A DNA stretch of 64,000 nucleotides. Origin: an uncultured Gemmatimonadaceae bacterium (GTDB lineage: Bacteria > Gemmatimonadota > Gemmatimonadetes > Gemmatimonadales > Gemmatimonadaceae). The position numbers were made by a program, and so were the translations under genes. The notes beneath the pieces were generated by a model, which worked only from the letters and a program-made list of their open reading frames with translations, searched no databases and was not told the origin of the DNA. The stretch spans positions 256,001-320,000 of the forward strand of contig CAWHHI010000006.1 of assembly GCA_963829055.1 (NCBI GenBank), written 5' to 3'. Shown here piece after piece: positions 33,032-44,333 of this stretch. How positions within the stretch are numbered: position 1 is the first letter of the stretch; each line of letters starts with the position of its first letter.

Positions 33032-33935
33032 GTCGCTGCTGGCCGAGCGGCCATTGCAATCGCCGGCCCCATCCGCACCCGCGTGGCTCGACCGGTCGCT
33101 GTATCCGTTCACCAGCCGCTATTTCCATTCGGCTGACGGCCGGATGCACTTCGTCGACGAGGGCTCCGGGCCGCCGATCGTGATGGTTCATGGCACGCCC
33201 ACCTGGTCGTTTCTTTACCGGCACCTCATCGCGCGTCTCGCTCGGCGACATCGCGTGATTGCCGTGGACCACCTCGGCTTTGGGCTCTCGGACAAGCCGC
33301 CGAAGGCTCCGTACGCGCCGAGCGACCACGCGGCTCGGCTGGTGGCGCTGCTCGACGTGCTGGACGTTTCGGGCGCGACGTTCGTCGTGCATGACTTCGG
33401 AGGGCCGATCGGGCTCGGCGCCGCGCTCCAGCGCCTCGAACGGGTGGAACGTCTCGTGCTCTTCAACACCTGGATGTGGTCGTTGAGCGACGATCCCACG
33501 ATCGTCCGTGGCGCTCGGCTGCTGGGAGGTCGGCTGGGTCAGTTGCTGTATCGACGTTTCGGTTTCGCGGTGAACGTGATGATGCCCATGGCCGTGGGCG
33601 ACAGGCGCGTCCTCACGCCGGCGATCCGTCGACATTATGCGGCGCCGCTGGCCACGCCTAACGACCGGTCGGCGACGTGGGCGTGCGCGCGAGCGTTGCT
33701 CGGATCGAGCGACTGGTTCGACGGGCTATGGGAACAGCGGGAGCGCTGCGGGGCAAGCCAATGCTGCTGCTGTGGGGATGAAGGATCCAACGTTCGGCGC
33801 GTCCTATCTCGAGCGGTGGCGACGGGAATTCCCGAAGCGCACGCGCACACGTTCGAGACCAGTGGGCACTTCGTGCCCGAGGAGGTTCCGGCGGAGATCG
33901 TGCCGATCATCGAACAGTTCATTCCGGTTGCCTAA
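33024..33935 (+). CDS. alpha/beta hydrolase, haloalkane-dehalogenase-like (compensating frameshifts near 33745-33840)
   Basis: HGTPTWS, DHLGFGLSDK, HDFGG (Asp nucleophile), GHFVPEE. Confidence 0.85.
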   Translation: MPESLLAERPLQSPAPSAPAWLDRSLYPFTSRYFHSADGRMHFVDEGSGPPIVMVHGTPTWSFLYRHLIARLARRHRVIAVDHLGFGLSDKPPKAPYAPSDHAARLVALLDVLDVSGATFVVHDFGGPIGLGAALQRLERVERLVLFNTWMWSLSDDPTIVRGARLLGGRLGQLLYRRFGFAVNVMMPMAVGDRRVLTPAIRRHYAAPLATPNDRSATWACARALLGSSDWFDGLWEQRERCGASQCCCCGDEGSNVRRVLSRAVATGIPEAHAHTFETSGHFVPEEVPAEIVPIIEQFIPVA

Positions 33936-33964
33936 CGCTGACCACTCACTCCATCCCACGTCCG

Positions 33965-34321
33965 ATGCACCAGGCCATCAATCTCGCGCAGAAGCTCTCC
34001 ACGTTTTCCGAGCACTTCCGGCCGCGGACGATCGGCCAGTTCAACGGCCACGACCTCATGGTCGCCAAGCTCGAGGGGCCGTTTCCGTGGCACAAGCATG
34101 ACGACACGGACGACTTCTTCCTCGTGGTGCATGGGCGTTTGACGATCCAGCTTCGTGATCGGGACGTGAAGCTCGGGCCGGGCGAGCTGTTCGTGGTGCC
34201 GCGCGGAGTGGAACACCGGCCGCTGGCGGACGAGGGCGAGGTGCACATTCTGCTCATCGAGACGCAGGGCACGCCTAACACGGGTGACCCAGCTACCGCG
34301 GCGCCGCGGGTCGAGATCTAG
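33965..34321 (+). CDS. cupin-domain protein
   Basis: WHKHDDTDDFF...VPRGVEHRP. Confidence 0.9.
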   Translation: MHQAINLAQKLSTFSEHFRPRTIGQFNGHDLMVAKLEGPFPWHKHDDTDDFFLVVHGRLTIQLRDRDVKLGPGELFVVPRGVEHRPLADEGEVHILLIETQGTPNTGDPATAAPRVEI

Positions 34322-34407
34322 GCGACAGGTGCGGTCGGTCGTTGCAGCGATGACGCTGGCGTTGTCGCGATGGGACACGTCCGCAGGGCTGTCGCTACCG
34401 TGGCGGA

Positions 34408-34737
34408 ATGAGCAACGATTCGAGCGACCCGATTCCAGCCTTGAAGCGTCAGCTGGCCGACGCCATTCTGGCCATTGCCGACCGCCAGCCCATCACCGTC
34501 GCGGCGCGCCGTCTGGGGATCGGTCCCGCGCGCATGTGCGATCTCCGTCGCGGCAGGATTGCGCGGTTCTCGGTAGAGCGGCTCATCCGGATTCTGGCGA
34601 CCGTCGATCGCGGGGTCAGCGTGTCGGTCGTGGTGACGGGCTCTCCGCAGGTGTGTTGGTTCCCGAAGTTGCGCGCGCAGGCAGACGCGCGGAGGCGGGA
34701 GTTTCTGATCGCGAGGAGATTGCGGCGAGGCCTGTGA
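34408..34737 (+). CDS. XRE-family HTH protein
   Basis: AARRLGIGPARMCDLRRGRIARFSVERL. Confidence 0.7.
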   Translation: MSNDSSDPIPALKRQLADAILAIADRQPITVAARRLGIGPARMCDLRRGRIARFSVERLIRILATVDRGVSVSVVVTGSPQVCWFPKLRAQADARRREFLIARRLRRGL

Positions 34738-34768
34738 CCCTGGCCTCCGTGACCCTCGTCGCGGACCG

Positions 34769-34815
34769 TATAGCCAGATTTGGCAAACGAACCCGCATTG
34801 CCAAATCTGGCTATA
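34769..34815. repeat. inverted pair TATAGCCAGATTTGGCAA-N11-TTGCCAAATCTGGCTATA (family B)
   Basis: Perfect 18-bp inverted repeat between convergent genes. Confidence 0.85.
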
Positions 34816-34886
34816 GCATCGATCTGAGAGACGGGCGTGCGACGGCGACGCGATTCCGTGCTACGGATGGCCGCGGGGATACCGGC

Positions 34887-35615
34887 TCAGGGCACGTCCA
34901 TCGCCCGCAGTCGCCTAACGGCCGCCAGCAGAAATCCACCGAACACGAGCACCGCCATCGCGATTGCCACACCGAAACTCAGATCGTGCGCGGAGGCGAA
35001 CCGCCGCGGGTCGAGGCCGTGCATGAGCGCGATCGCGTAGTGGCGGATGCTCAGCAGTCGCACGCCCGACACGAACCCCGAGAAGAAGCCCTTCCCAGAG
35101 CACGATGTAGAGCAGGCCCGACGCCGATCGCCTGCGTGCGTCACGAGCCCGAGCCACACGAAGGCCGACGCGTACAGCGCGACGCCGACGACGCGCCGAC
35201 ACCGTGACCGCGATCGTCGCGCGTCGCGTCGCCGAGGAACGCGACGTAGCTCGTGAGGAACGCGCTCAGCGGCGATGAACGGCGCGGCGATCGTGATCGT
35301 CGCCGAGCAGCTTCGGCACGGCGATCTTCCAGCGCGGCAACGGGCGACAGCGTGAGGTTCGCCAGCGTCCGATCCTCGACCTCGTTGCCGAACGCGGCCG
35401 CCGCGATCGCGAGCACCACCAGCGGCGCGATCGAACCCGCCAGCATCGCGCTCAGCATCGCCGTCTCGAACTCCTGCACCGACGGCGCGCTGTCGGATCG
35501 CAGCATCAGCGATGGCGATGACGACCGGCATCGCCGCGAGCACCGTCATGATCGCGAGGCGCCACTTGCCGGAGAGCTGACGCAGCGTGAGGCGGTAGAC
35601 GGCGCCCATGCTCAC
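34887..35615 (-). CDS. ABC-2-type permease (frameshifted)
   Basis: [10 protein letters not shown] motif and TM helices across several ORFs. Confidence 0.8.
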   Translation of the reverse strand: MSMGAVYRLTLRQLSGKWRLAIMTVLAAMPVVIAIADAAIRQRAVGAGVRDGDAERDAGGFDRAAGGARDRGGRVRQRGRGSDAGEPHAVARCRAGRSPCRSCSATITIAAPFIAAERVPHELRRVPRRRDARRSRSRCRRVVGVALYASAFVWLGLVTHAGDRRRACSTSCSGKGFFSGFVSGVRLLSIRHYAIALMHGLDPRRFASAHDLSFGVAIAMAVLVFGGFLLAAVRRLRAMDVP

Positions 35616-36547
35616 TGCTCCACCAGGTAGCCGAACACGCTCTCGAGCGAGTCGTCGAGCGGTTCGACCCGTCGCAGGCTGATCGCCGCCGACTGCGCGA
35701 GCCGCGGCAGCTCGATCTGAAGGTCGAGCACGTTGCGGCTCAGGACGACGACCGCGCCGTCGGGATCGACGTGCACGGCGTCCACCGAGTCGAGCTTCAC
35801 GACTGCCGCCGCGAGCTTGCGCGGAGCATCGCAGATCACGCGCACGTGATACGGACGCTGGTTGAGCGCGGCGCGGATCGCGCGGAACCGCCCGACGCCG
35901 CGAGCTTGCCGTTCACGATGAGCAGCACGGTGTCCGCGAGCTGCTCGACCTCCTCGAGAATGTGCGACGAGAGCACGATCGTCCGCCCCTCCGCGGCGAG
36001 CTGCTCGCAGCAGGCGCTTGAAGTGCACGCGCTGCCGCGGATCGGCGCCGTTGAGCGGCTCGTCGAGGATGAGGATCTCCGGATCGTGCACGAGCGTCGC
36101 GGCGAGGCGCATGCGCTGCCGCATGCCGCGCGAGTACGTGTCCATCGGCCGATGCTGCGCGTCGGCGAGATCGACGAGCGCGATCGCCCTGTCCACGGCC
36201 GCGCTCGAGGTCCGTCGACGCCGCGGAGCTCGCCCATCATGCGCACGAACTCGCGGCCCTTCATGAATCCGTAGACGGTCTCGTGCTCCGACATCACGCC
36301 GATGCGCCGGTAGAGCGGCGGATTGTCGCGCACCGGCTCGCCGAACATGGTCACGGTTCCGCGTCGACGTGTCGGCGAGGCCGGTCATCATGCGGAGCAG
36401 CGTCGTCTTGCCGGCGCCGTTCGGCCCGAGCAGTCCGGTGATGCCGGGCATGACGTCGAACGTCACGTCGCTCACGGCGACGACGCTGCCGAACCAGCGG
36501 GACACGCCGTCTGCACGCGAATCACGGGCTCGGATGTCGGCGCTCAT
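35612..36547 (-). CDS. ABC transporter ATPase (frameshifted)
   Basis: [29 protein letters not shown]. Confidence 0.88.
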   Translation of the reverse strand: MSADIRARDSRADGVSRWFGSVVAVSDVTFDVMPGITGLLGPNGAGKTTLLRMMTGLADTSTRNRDHVRRAGARQSAALPAHRRDVGARDRLRIHEGPRVRAHDGRAPRRRRTSSAAVDRAIALVDLADAQHRPMDTYSRGMRQRMRLAATLVHDPEILILDEPLNGADPRQRVHFKRLLRAARRGGADDRALVAHSRGGRAARGHRAAHRERQARGVGRFRAIRAALNQRPYHVRVICDAPRKLAAAVVKLDSVDAVHVDPDGAVVVLSRNVLDLQIELPRLAQSAAISLRRVEPLDDSLESVFGYLVEQ

Positions 36548-37455
36548 GGCGTCGAGCCTCCGGTAGCGCGCACCACAGCACCGCCGCTGGCACGAGCGTC
36601 CACACGAAGTACCAGCTCACGCGAATCGCCGGGCCTAACGCGCGCGCCGGCGCTTCCTCGGTGATCTCGCTGACGTCGCCGAAGATCACGTCGTTCACGT
36701 GTACCGGGATGTTCGTGAGGTTGAACATCGAGATCCACTGGCCGGCCGTCCCGCCGATCTCCTGCGCGAGGCCGACCGTGAACGGCGTCGTGATCACGAA
36801 CAGCCCGACGAGAAACACCGACGCATACGCTCGTCGCGTCGTGAACGAGGCGGTGAGCATCGCGAGCGTCGTGGCGTAGGCGGCCATCGCCACACCCGCC
36901 GCGAGGAATCGCGGGACGTCGAGCCAGTGCTTCTGCAGATACGTCACCGGGCACGGGGTCACCGGCGGAGAGGCCGAGGAACAGGATGATCTGCGGAAGC
37001 CACGCCGCCACGATCATCACCGTGCAGGAACGCCGCCCATCGCGCGACGATGTAGTCGGAACCGGTGAGCGGCCGCACGAGATACAGGTTGATCACGCCG
37101 TCACGCCGGTCGCGACACAGCAGCTCCGGCGCGACGACGGCCGCGAACACGAACATGATGATCGACGCGATGCCGTAGTAGTCGGAGTGCGACGGCAGGT
37201 TCGCCTTCTGCGCCGTGCCTGGCCCGCCGAGTCGGTTCGGCCGCGCCGGCGACGATCGCCATCACGAGCGCCGATCACCGACAGCACGACGATGAAGAAC
37301 CACGGAAGGATCTTCGCGCGCGCGCCGCGTCCGAGGCCGAGCGCGATGCGCAGGCCGTCCTTGAAGACCGCGAGCCGCGCGCGCGCCCGCGTCCTTCGCG
37401 CGCGCCGGTGTAGCGCTGGTAGCCAATGTCGAAGACCGTGCCGGTCACTGGTCAT
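36544..37455 (-). CDS. ABC-2-type permease (frameshifted)
   Basis: [24 protein letters not shown] helices. Confidence 0.8.
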
Positions 37456-38366
37456 GCGGCTCCGCTCGAACAGCTCGGTGAGCTGCGCGACGACGCGGCG
37501 CCATGCGGCGCAGCGGCGCCTGCGCTTCGACGAGCGCGTCGCGCACGTGATCGTACACCGACTCGTCCGGCCCTTCGATCGTGAGGCCGCTGCCGTCGAC
37601 GGTCACGACGACGCCGCGCCGCTCGAGCGCGGCCACGAGCGCCTCGCGGTTGGTATCGACTTCGATGAACACCGTCTCCGTCTCCTTCGTGAACTGCGCG
37701 ACTTCTCCCGAGTGCACGAGCTGCCCGCCCTGCAGCACGATGATGCGATCGCAGGTGCGCTCGACGTCGGCCATGAGGTGCGACGAGAACAGCACGCTGA
37801 TGCCGAACTCGCGATGCGTCTTCCGGATCAGCGCGAGCATCTCCTCGCGTCCGGCGGGATCGAGCCCCGCGGTCGGCTCGTCGAGAAACACGAACGCCGG
37901 GATCGTGCACGAGCGCCTGGCCGAGCTTCACGCGCTGCTTCATGCCGGTCGAGTAGCCGCCGATCGCGCGATAGCGCTCCTCGAACAGGCCGGCGTGGCG
38001 CAGCGTGTCGGCCGCGCGCGTTCGCGCGCATCGCCGGCGGAAGGCCGCTCACCTCCGCCATGTGCGTCAGAAACTCGGCGGCACTCACCTGGCTCGGCAG
38101 ACAGTCGTGCTCGGGCATGTAGCCGACGCCGCCCGCGCACGCTCGACGCTGTCGGACGCGTTCTGGCCGAGGACCGTCGCGGTGCCCGACGTCGGCTGCA
38201 TCAGGCCGAGCAGGATCTTGATCGCCGTGCTCTTGCCGGCGCCGTTCTCGCCGAGGATGCCGGTGATGCCGTCGGTGATGGTGAAGCTGACGTCGTTGAG
38301 CGCGACGACGTTGCCGTACCGCTTCGTTAGGCGCTCGACGGCGAGCAGAACCTCTCCGGTCGTCAT
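37452..38366 (-). CDS. ABC transporter ATPase (frameshifted)
   Basis: GENGAGKS, MKQRVKLGQALVHDP, FLDEPTAGLDP, SSHL. Confidence 0.88.
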
Positions 38367-39451
38367 GAGCGCACCCCCGTGTCATCCCGAGGAGCGCCAG
38401 CGACGAGGGACCTTCTGTGAATTACTCGTGGCGAGGCTGGCCACGATGACTGTCGAGAAGATCCCTCGCTGACGCTCGGGATGACACCGCCCTTGCTCGG
38501 GATGACATACGAGACGGTCTTCGGCTTCTCGCAGGATTCCTTGTATCCGTAGTCACACGCGCGCTTGCGGAATTCCTTCGCGCGATCGGGCGCGTAGCGG
38601 ACGCCAGCGCCGCGGTCGTACAGCGACGCCAGGCGGGCACACGCCTCGCCATACTTGTTCTCGCACGACTCGCGATACAACTGCGCAGCCTCGGAGAAGT
38701 TCTGCGTGACACCCGCGCCATTTTCGAGAACGAGCGCCTGCTGAACGCAGCCGGCATACTCACCGCCTTTGCACGCCTGCTCGAACAGCGCCGCCGCCGT
38801 GGAGTCGTTATGCGGGACGCCGTTACCAGCGGCATGCAGGCGACCCAGCCCGAGGCAGCCGAGGGCGACCTTCGCCGTGCAGGACTTCTGAGAGAGGTCC
38901 GCGGCTCGGGCGAAGTCCTGCGGCACGCCTTCACCGGCAGCGTACAGCGTGCCGAGGTGGGCGCATCCCGTCATGTCCTTCCCGTCGCAGGCTTGCTGAA
39001 ACAGCGCGGCAGCGCGCGCGGCATCCCGCGTGACACCCGCACCCTGCCTATAGAGAAGGCCGAGGCGCGTACAGCCGTCCATCGCGCCCTGCCTGCAGCC
39101 CTGGTCGAACAGGGTGAACGCACGAGTGGAATCGCGCTTGACGCCGGTGCCCTTCTGGTACGCGACGCCGAGGCTCGCGCAGCCATCCCCGACGCCACCC
39201 TTGCACGCCTTGTCGAACAGCTCGGCCGCATGCCCTTCGTCGCGCAGGACGTATTCGCCCTTCGCGAGCTTGAGCGCGAGCTTGTTGCAGGCCGCGACGT
39301 CCGCGGATTCACAGGAGCTCCGCAGGCGCTTCGCCTCCTCGTTGCCCGGGTGGCATGCGGAGACCGCGAAGCCGACCACGACGAGCCCGGTGAGAAGATG
39401 CAAATGAAGAGCGCCCCGGTTCGGGTGATCCGGAGGGATTCGTGTTCGCAT
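38363..39451 (-). CDS. Sel1-like-repeat Cys-rich lipoprotein
   Basis: VSAC lipobox; repeated C..LG..Y..G.GV..D...A..LF..AC. Confidence 0.88.
   Translation of the reverse strand: MRTRIPPDHPNRGALHLHLLTGLVVVGFAVSACHPGNEEAKRLRSSCESADVAACNKLALKLAKGEYVLRDEGHAAELFDKACKGGVGDGCASLGVAYQKGTGVKRDSTRAFTLFDQGCRQGAMDGCTRLGLLYRQGAGVTRDAARAAALFQQACDGKDMTGCAHLGTLYAAGEGVPQDFARAADLSQKSCTAKVALGCLGLGRLHAAGNGVPHNDSTAAALFEQACKGGEYAGCVQQALVLENGAGVTQNFSEAAQLYRESCENKYGEACARLASLYDRGAGVRYAPDRAKEFRKRACDYGYKESCEKPKTVSYVIPSKGGVIPSVSEGSSRQSSWPASPRVIHRRSLVAGAPRDDTGVRS
38381..38506. repeat. family A repeat, divergent copy 5 (extra right terminus)
   Basis: GTCATCCCGAG...CGAGGGA...TCCCTCG...CTCGGGATGAC twice; compensatory T-to-C and A-to-G changes. 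Confidence 0.8.
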
Positions 39452-39842
39452 GCACGCTTTTAGTCGATGGTGATCGCGGCGCGGAGAGCCGTCGCCACGG
39501 TACGGCGGGCCCATTCCGGAAGTTTCGCGGCGGCCGCGATCGACCCTAACGTGTGGGCTGTGAACGGTTTCGCTCACGAACCCAGGTGATGTGGCTCCTC
39601 GGCATCGGATTTCTGGTTGTCCTCGCGCTCGTGGCGGCGGGCCTCTGGACCGCCCCGCGCTGGCTCGTGCCGAGCTGCGGGCGCGCGGGTATCGCGTGGT
39701 GACGCTGTCGGAGCTCGATGCTCTCCGTTGATACGACACTCAGCGAGAAGATCTCCCGTATGGCGCCGCTCTGGTCTGGGCATGACCGCAACTAGCGCCT
39801 ATGTTGGCTCCAGAAACGAGCCGGGACACTGGAGTCGAGGTC

Positions 39843-42586
39843 ATGGCGGCTGATCTGCGCGAGCAACTACAGGCGACGCTCGGCGACAGCTATACCCTCG
39901 AGCGCGAGCTCGGCGGCGGCGGGATGTCGCGCGTCTTCGTGGCCCACGAGGCGCGGCTCGGCCGGCGCGTGGTCGTGAAGGTTCTCGCCTCCGAGCTCAC
40001 CGAGGGGATGAGCGCCGAGCGTTTCGAGCGTGAGGTCCGCCTCGCCGCGCGACTGCAGCACCCGAACGTCGTCCCGCTGCTGACGGCTGGCGAGCGCCAC
40101 GGGCTGGCGTACTACACGATGCCATTCGTCGAAGGCGAGTCTCTTCGCGTTCGGCTCGCTCGCGAAGGGCGGCTCCCGGTAGACGCCGCCGTGTCCGTGC
40201 TCCGCGACGTGGCGCGCGCGCTCGAGCACGCGCACGCGCACGGCGTCGTGCACCGAGACATCAAACCGGACAACGTCCTCCTCTCCGGAAGCGCAGCCGC
40301 GGTAGCCGACTTCGGGATCGCGAAGGCGCTTCACGCCGCGCGGACGATGGGTGGGGTGGAGCCCGCGGGCGATGACGGCGCGCCGACCCGTGGTGTCCCT
40401 TCCGAAGCGCTGACACGCCTGGGGACCTCGTTAGGCACGCCGGCGTACATGGCACCGGAGCAGGCGCTGGGCGATCCCGACGTGGATGCACGGGCCGACT
40501 TCTACTCGTGGGGCGTCGTTGCCTATGAGCTGCTGGCGGGGGTGACGCCGTTTGCCGGCCGCACCGCTCACCGGATGATCGCTGCCCACATCAGCGAGCA
40601 GCCCGTCCCTCTGGGTGAGCGCGTGACATCGTTGCCACCAGCGCTCACCGCGCTCGTCGATGCGATGTCTGGAGAAGGACCCCGCGCGCCGTCCCCAGTC
40701 AGCGGCCGAGCTGCTCGCCGCGCTCGACGCGGCGCGCACGCCGTCGGGCGAGCAGTCGCTGGCCGACCGCTACAAGCGCGCGACGCTGGGTCGGGACCAC
40801 AGCCGCGCTGGTGCTGATCCTCATTGCCGCGTTCGCCGCGGTGACGGTCTACCGAAACCGCGGCACCTCCGCGGAGACGCCGGTGCTCGCGGTGCTTCCC
40901 TTCGAGAACGTGGGCCCTGCGGCGGATGCGTATTTCGCCGACGGACTCACGGAGGAGGTGCGGACTCGACTCGCCGGCATCTCGGGCTTGCGCGTGATCG
41001 GAGGCACGAGTGCGCGGCAGTACAAGGGCTCGACCAAGTCCGCGCGTGAGATCGCGCGCGAGTTGGGTGCGACGCACCTGCTCACCGGTACCATACGATG
41101 GGAGCGCGCGACTACTGGTGACGGCCGTGTCCGTGTGAACCCGGAGCTGGTGCGGGCCGCCGACGCGGCGAGCATATGGGCGGAGCCGGTCGATGGGCCA
41201 CTCGGCGATGTATTCGCGTTACAGGCCCGTGTTGCCGAGCGTGTGGCGGCCGCGCTCGACGTCGCGCTCCGCGCGCGCGAACGCCGAGTCGTCGCGGCGC
41301 GGCCAACCACCAACGTGGCGGCGTACGACGCGTATCTGCGCGGGATCACCAGCATAACGCGGGCGACCGTGTTCTCGGCGGCGGATACTCGCGTCACCAT
41401 CGCCGAGTTCGAGCATGCAGTCGCCTTGGACCCGCGCTTCGCCGCTGCTCATGCGCGCCTCGCGATGGCGTACTGGGACGACGCGTCGCTTGCAGGCGAC
41501 GATACGACGGCGGCCGCGGCTCAGGCGAAGGCGCGGTCAGCGGCGGAGCGGGCGTGGGCGCTCGATTCGACGCTGGTCGAGACGCGGATCGCACGCACGG
41601 GCTACCTGAGTGAGTCTGGGGATCAGGAGAGCGCCTACCGTCTCGCGCGCGAGACGGCTCAGGCGGCGCCCGGCAACGTGGAGGTTCTCGTATCTCTGGC
41701 CGACTTCGAGTGGGCGACCGGACGGTACGACGATGCGCTCGGGTCCTACGAGCGAGCGACGACTCTCGACCCGAGGTCTGCATTGGCGTGGGGACAACTC
41801 GCTGGTACTCTCGGCCGTCTGCGTCGGTACGAACAGTCGATTGCGGCACACGAGCAGGAGATCGCTCTGGTCCCGGACAACGCGGTCGCCTACGCGGTTC
41901 AGGCTTCGACGCACCTCCTCTGGCGCGCCGATACCGCCTCTGCCCGCCAGACGATTGAGCGTGCCGGCCGCGCACCACCGTGGATAGTGCGTTTCCCGAG
42001 CGGAATAGCCGGCATCGCGATCTGGACGCACGCGCTGCCACCGGACCTGACCCACGCACGTGACACGCTCACACTGGCCGGATATGTGGCGGGGGCCGGC
42101 GCGGTGGCGCCGGAGATGTTTCATCTCATGAAACTCCGCCACCTGACAGCTACCGGGCGAGCCGACCGTGCCCGCGCCCACGCCGACTCGATCGTCGTAC
42201 GCCTCGAGCCGATGCTCGAGCGTGGCGCGGACCTGCCCTGGATGTTCGGGTGGTTCTCTCGGCGGTCCGTGCTCGCGGAGGCATACGCGACGTTAGGCCG
42301 TTCAGCGGACGCCGCCAGCCAGGCAGACCGCTACATGGACGAGACGCGCAAACGGCTGAAATCCCAACGCACGACGGATTCCGAGTCGCTCTGCCACGCG
42401 CTGCATAACGCCGCTTACGTCGACGTCCTGATCGGTCGGCGCGACGTGGCGGTTGCACGCCTGGCGGAGGCGCTTGGCCTGCCGTGCGGGCTCCGGATTT
42501 CGAAAGCGCTGCTCAGGGCTGACCCGTCCTGGGCTCCCCTGCGCGGCCTTCCCGCGTTCGAGCGCCTGGTCGCCGGCACCAATTGA
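39843..42586 (+). CDS. Hanks-type Ser/Thr kinase with TM, TolB-N-like and TPR domains (frameshifts at 40660-40810)
   Basis: LGGGGMS, VKVL, HRDIKPDN, DFG, GTPAYMAPE; LAVLPFEN...YFADGLTEE; TPRs. Confidence 0.9.
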
Positions 42587-42631
42587 CATAGCCACGGTAC
42601 GTGTATTCGCCGTAGCCGCCTAACGGAGAAC

Positions 42632-44086
42632 ATGATGACGCGCTGGATCTGGAGCCGCTCTATGCCGAACAGACTTCTCGTCGCACGTCTCGGTCTGGGA
42701 CTCGCGCTCGTGATGCCGATCGCCGGATCAGCCGCGCAGCCCGGCTTCCCGCCTAACGACCCAGACAGCTGGCGCGTCGCCGGGACGGCGAAGATCCTCT
42801 GCTCGGCGCTCTTCGTCTCCGGCCGAGACTCCGCCGAAGCCCGCGCTCACGTCACGCCGTACTTCCTCGGCGCGATGGTGGACTCGATCACGAACGTCGA
42901 GGTCGATCGGAAGCGAAAGCTCGTGCGCCTCACGGTCGCCAACCGCATAACGCGGGAGGCGAAGCTCTACGGCGATCAGGGGTGCATCATCCACCAGCCC
43001 GGCCGCGATTCGATCTACTTCAAGCCGGTGCGAGTCGCGACGACGCTGCCCCCGGCGTCGACCATGCCGTGGCCGATGGGCGACGTCCTGCCGGATGGTC
43101 CGCTCCCCGCGGAGATCGACACGGTGAAGCTCAAGGCCGCCGTCGACGCGGCGTTCGCGAACCCGGCCGGGTTCACCGCGGCGTTCGTCGTCGTGCACAA
43201 CGGGCGAATCGTGGCCGAGCGGTATGGGGCGGGCGCGAACAAGGACATGCAGCTCGAGAGCTGGTCGATGGGCAAGAGCATCGTCGGTACGCTGATCGGG
43301 ATGCTCGTCCAGCAGGGCGCGTTGAAGCTCGAGGATCCCGCGCCGGTGCCGGAGTGGCACAAGACGCCTGACGATCCGCGCGCGAAGATTCGCGTGATCG
43401 ACCTCATGCGGATGTCGAGCGGCATTCGCTTCAGTCGCGGCAGTCCCGAAGACATCCCAGGGTATCACGACCACGACCTGGGCTACACGGGCGCGCTCGA
43501 TGCGTTCTGGTGGGCGACCACGCGGCCGCTGCAGTTCGAGCCGAACACGTTCGGCCGGTATCGCAACTCGGATCCGTTGACGTTAGGCATGATCATCCGC
43601 GATGTCGTCCGCAAGCGCGGCGAGGAGTATCTCACGTTCCCGCAGCGCGCGCTGTTCGACAGGATCGGGATCCGGCGACAGGTGCTCGAGACCGACCCGT
43701 ACGGCAACTTCCTGCTCAACGGCTACGACTACGGCACGGCGCGGAACTGGGCGCGACTCGGGATGCTCTACCTGAACGACGGCGTGTGGCAGGGGAAGCG
43801 GCTCCTCCCCGAGGGCTGGACGAAGTTCGTGTCGACACCGGCGCCGGCGTGGAAGGACTCGGCCTACGGCGCGATGGTATGGGTGAACGCGGGCGGCGCG
43901 TGGCCGGAGCTGCCGCGCGACGCGTTCGCGTTCCGGGGTGCCGGGCTGCAGGACGTCTACGTGATCCCGTCGCGGAATCTCGTCATCGTCCGCATGGGTC
44001 ACTACGTCGGCATGCAGCCGGGGACGGCGGACCTCCGGCGTGCGGAGGCGCTGCTCATGGAAGCGATACCGGAACGAAAGCACTGA
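42632..44086 (+). CDS. exported serine hydrolase, beta-lactamase family
   Basis: SWSMGKS (SxxK), YRN, ARLGMLYLNDGVW. Confidence 0.88.
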   Translation: MMTRWIWSRSMPNRLLVARLGLGLALVMPIAGSAAQPGFPPNDPDSWRVAGTAKILCSALFVSGRDSAEARAHVTPYFLGAMVDSITNVEVDRKRKLVRLTVANRITREAKLYGDQGCIIHQPGRDSIYFKPVRVATTLPPASTMPWPMGDVLPDGPLPAEIDTVKLKAAVDAAFANPAGFTAAFVVVHNGRIVAERYGAGANKDMQLESWSMGKSIVGTLIGMLVQQGALKLEDPAPVPEWHKTPDDPRAKIRVIDLMRMSSGIRFSRGSPEDIPGYHDHDLGYTGALDAFWWATTRPLQFEPNTFGRYRNSDPLTLGMIIRDVVRKRGEEYLTFPQRALFDRIGIRRQVLETDPYGNFLLNGYDYGTARNWARLGMLYLNDGVWQGKRLLPEGWTKFVSTPAPAWKDSAYGAMVWVNAGGAWPELPRDAFAFRGAGLQDVYVIPSRNLVIVRMGHYVGMQPGTADLRRAEALLMEAIPERKH

Positions 44087-44333
44087 GACTGCCGAAGACG
44101 GCGTCGGAAGGCGGACACCAGACGCCGGTTCGGGACCTAACGCGGTAGAGACGGTTGTCAGTCCGTGCGCGTGGCGAGCGGGACCGTCCGGGCGAACAGC
44201 CCGAAGGTCTCCTACCCATGGCGGCGCGCTGAGCACAGTTTCCGAACGGTTAGCGCACGTCACGGTCACGGTCACGGCACGACGCGACCTCACACTTACC
44301 ATCGACCTCGCAAACCCGAACGAGGACGTGGAT

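Noticed and set aside
44258..44278. GTCACG tandem triplet upstream of the metallopeptidase lipoprotein
   Set aside because: Too short and GC-rich to separate from chance.
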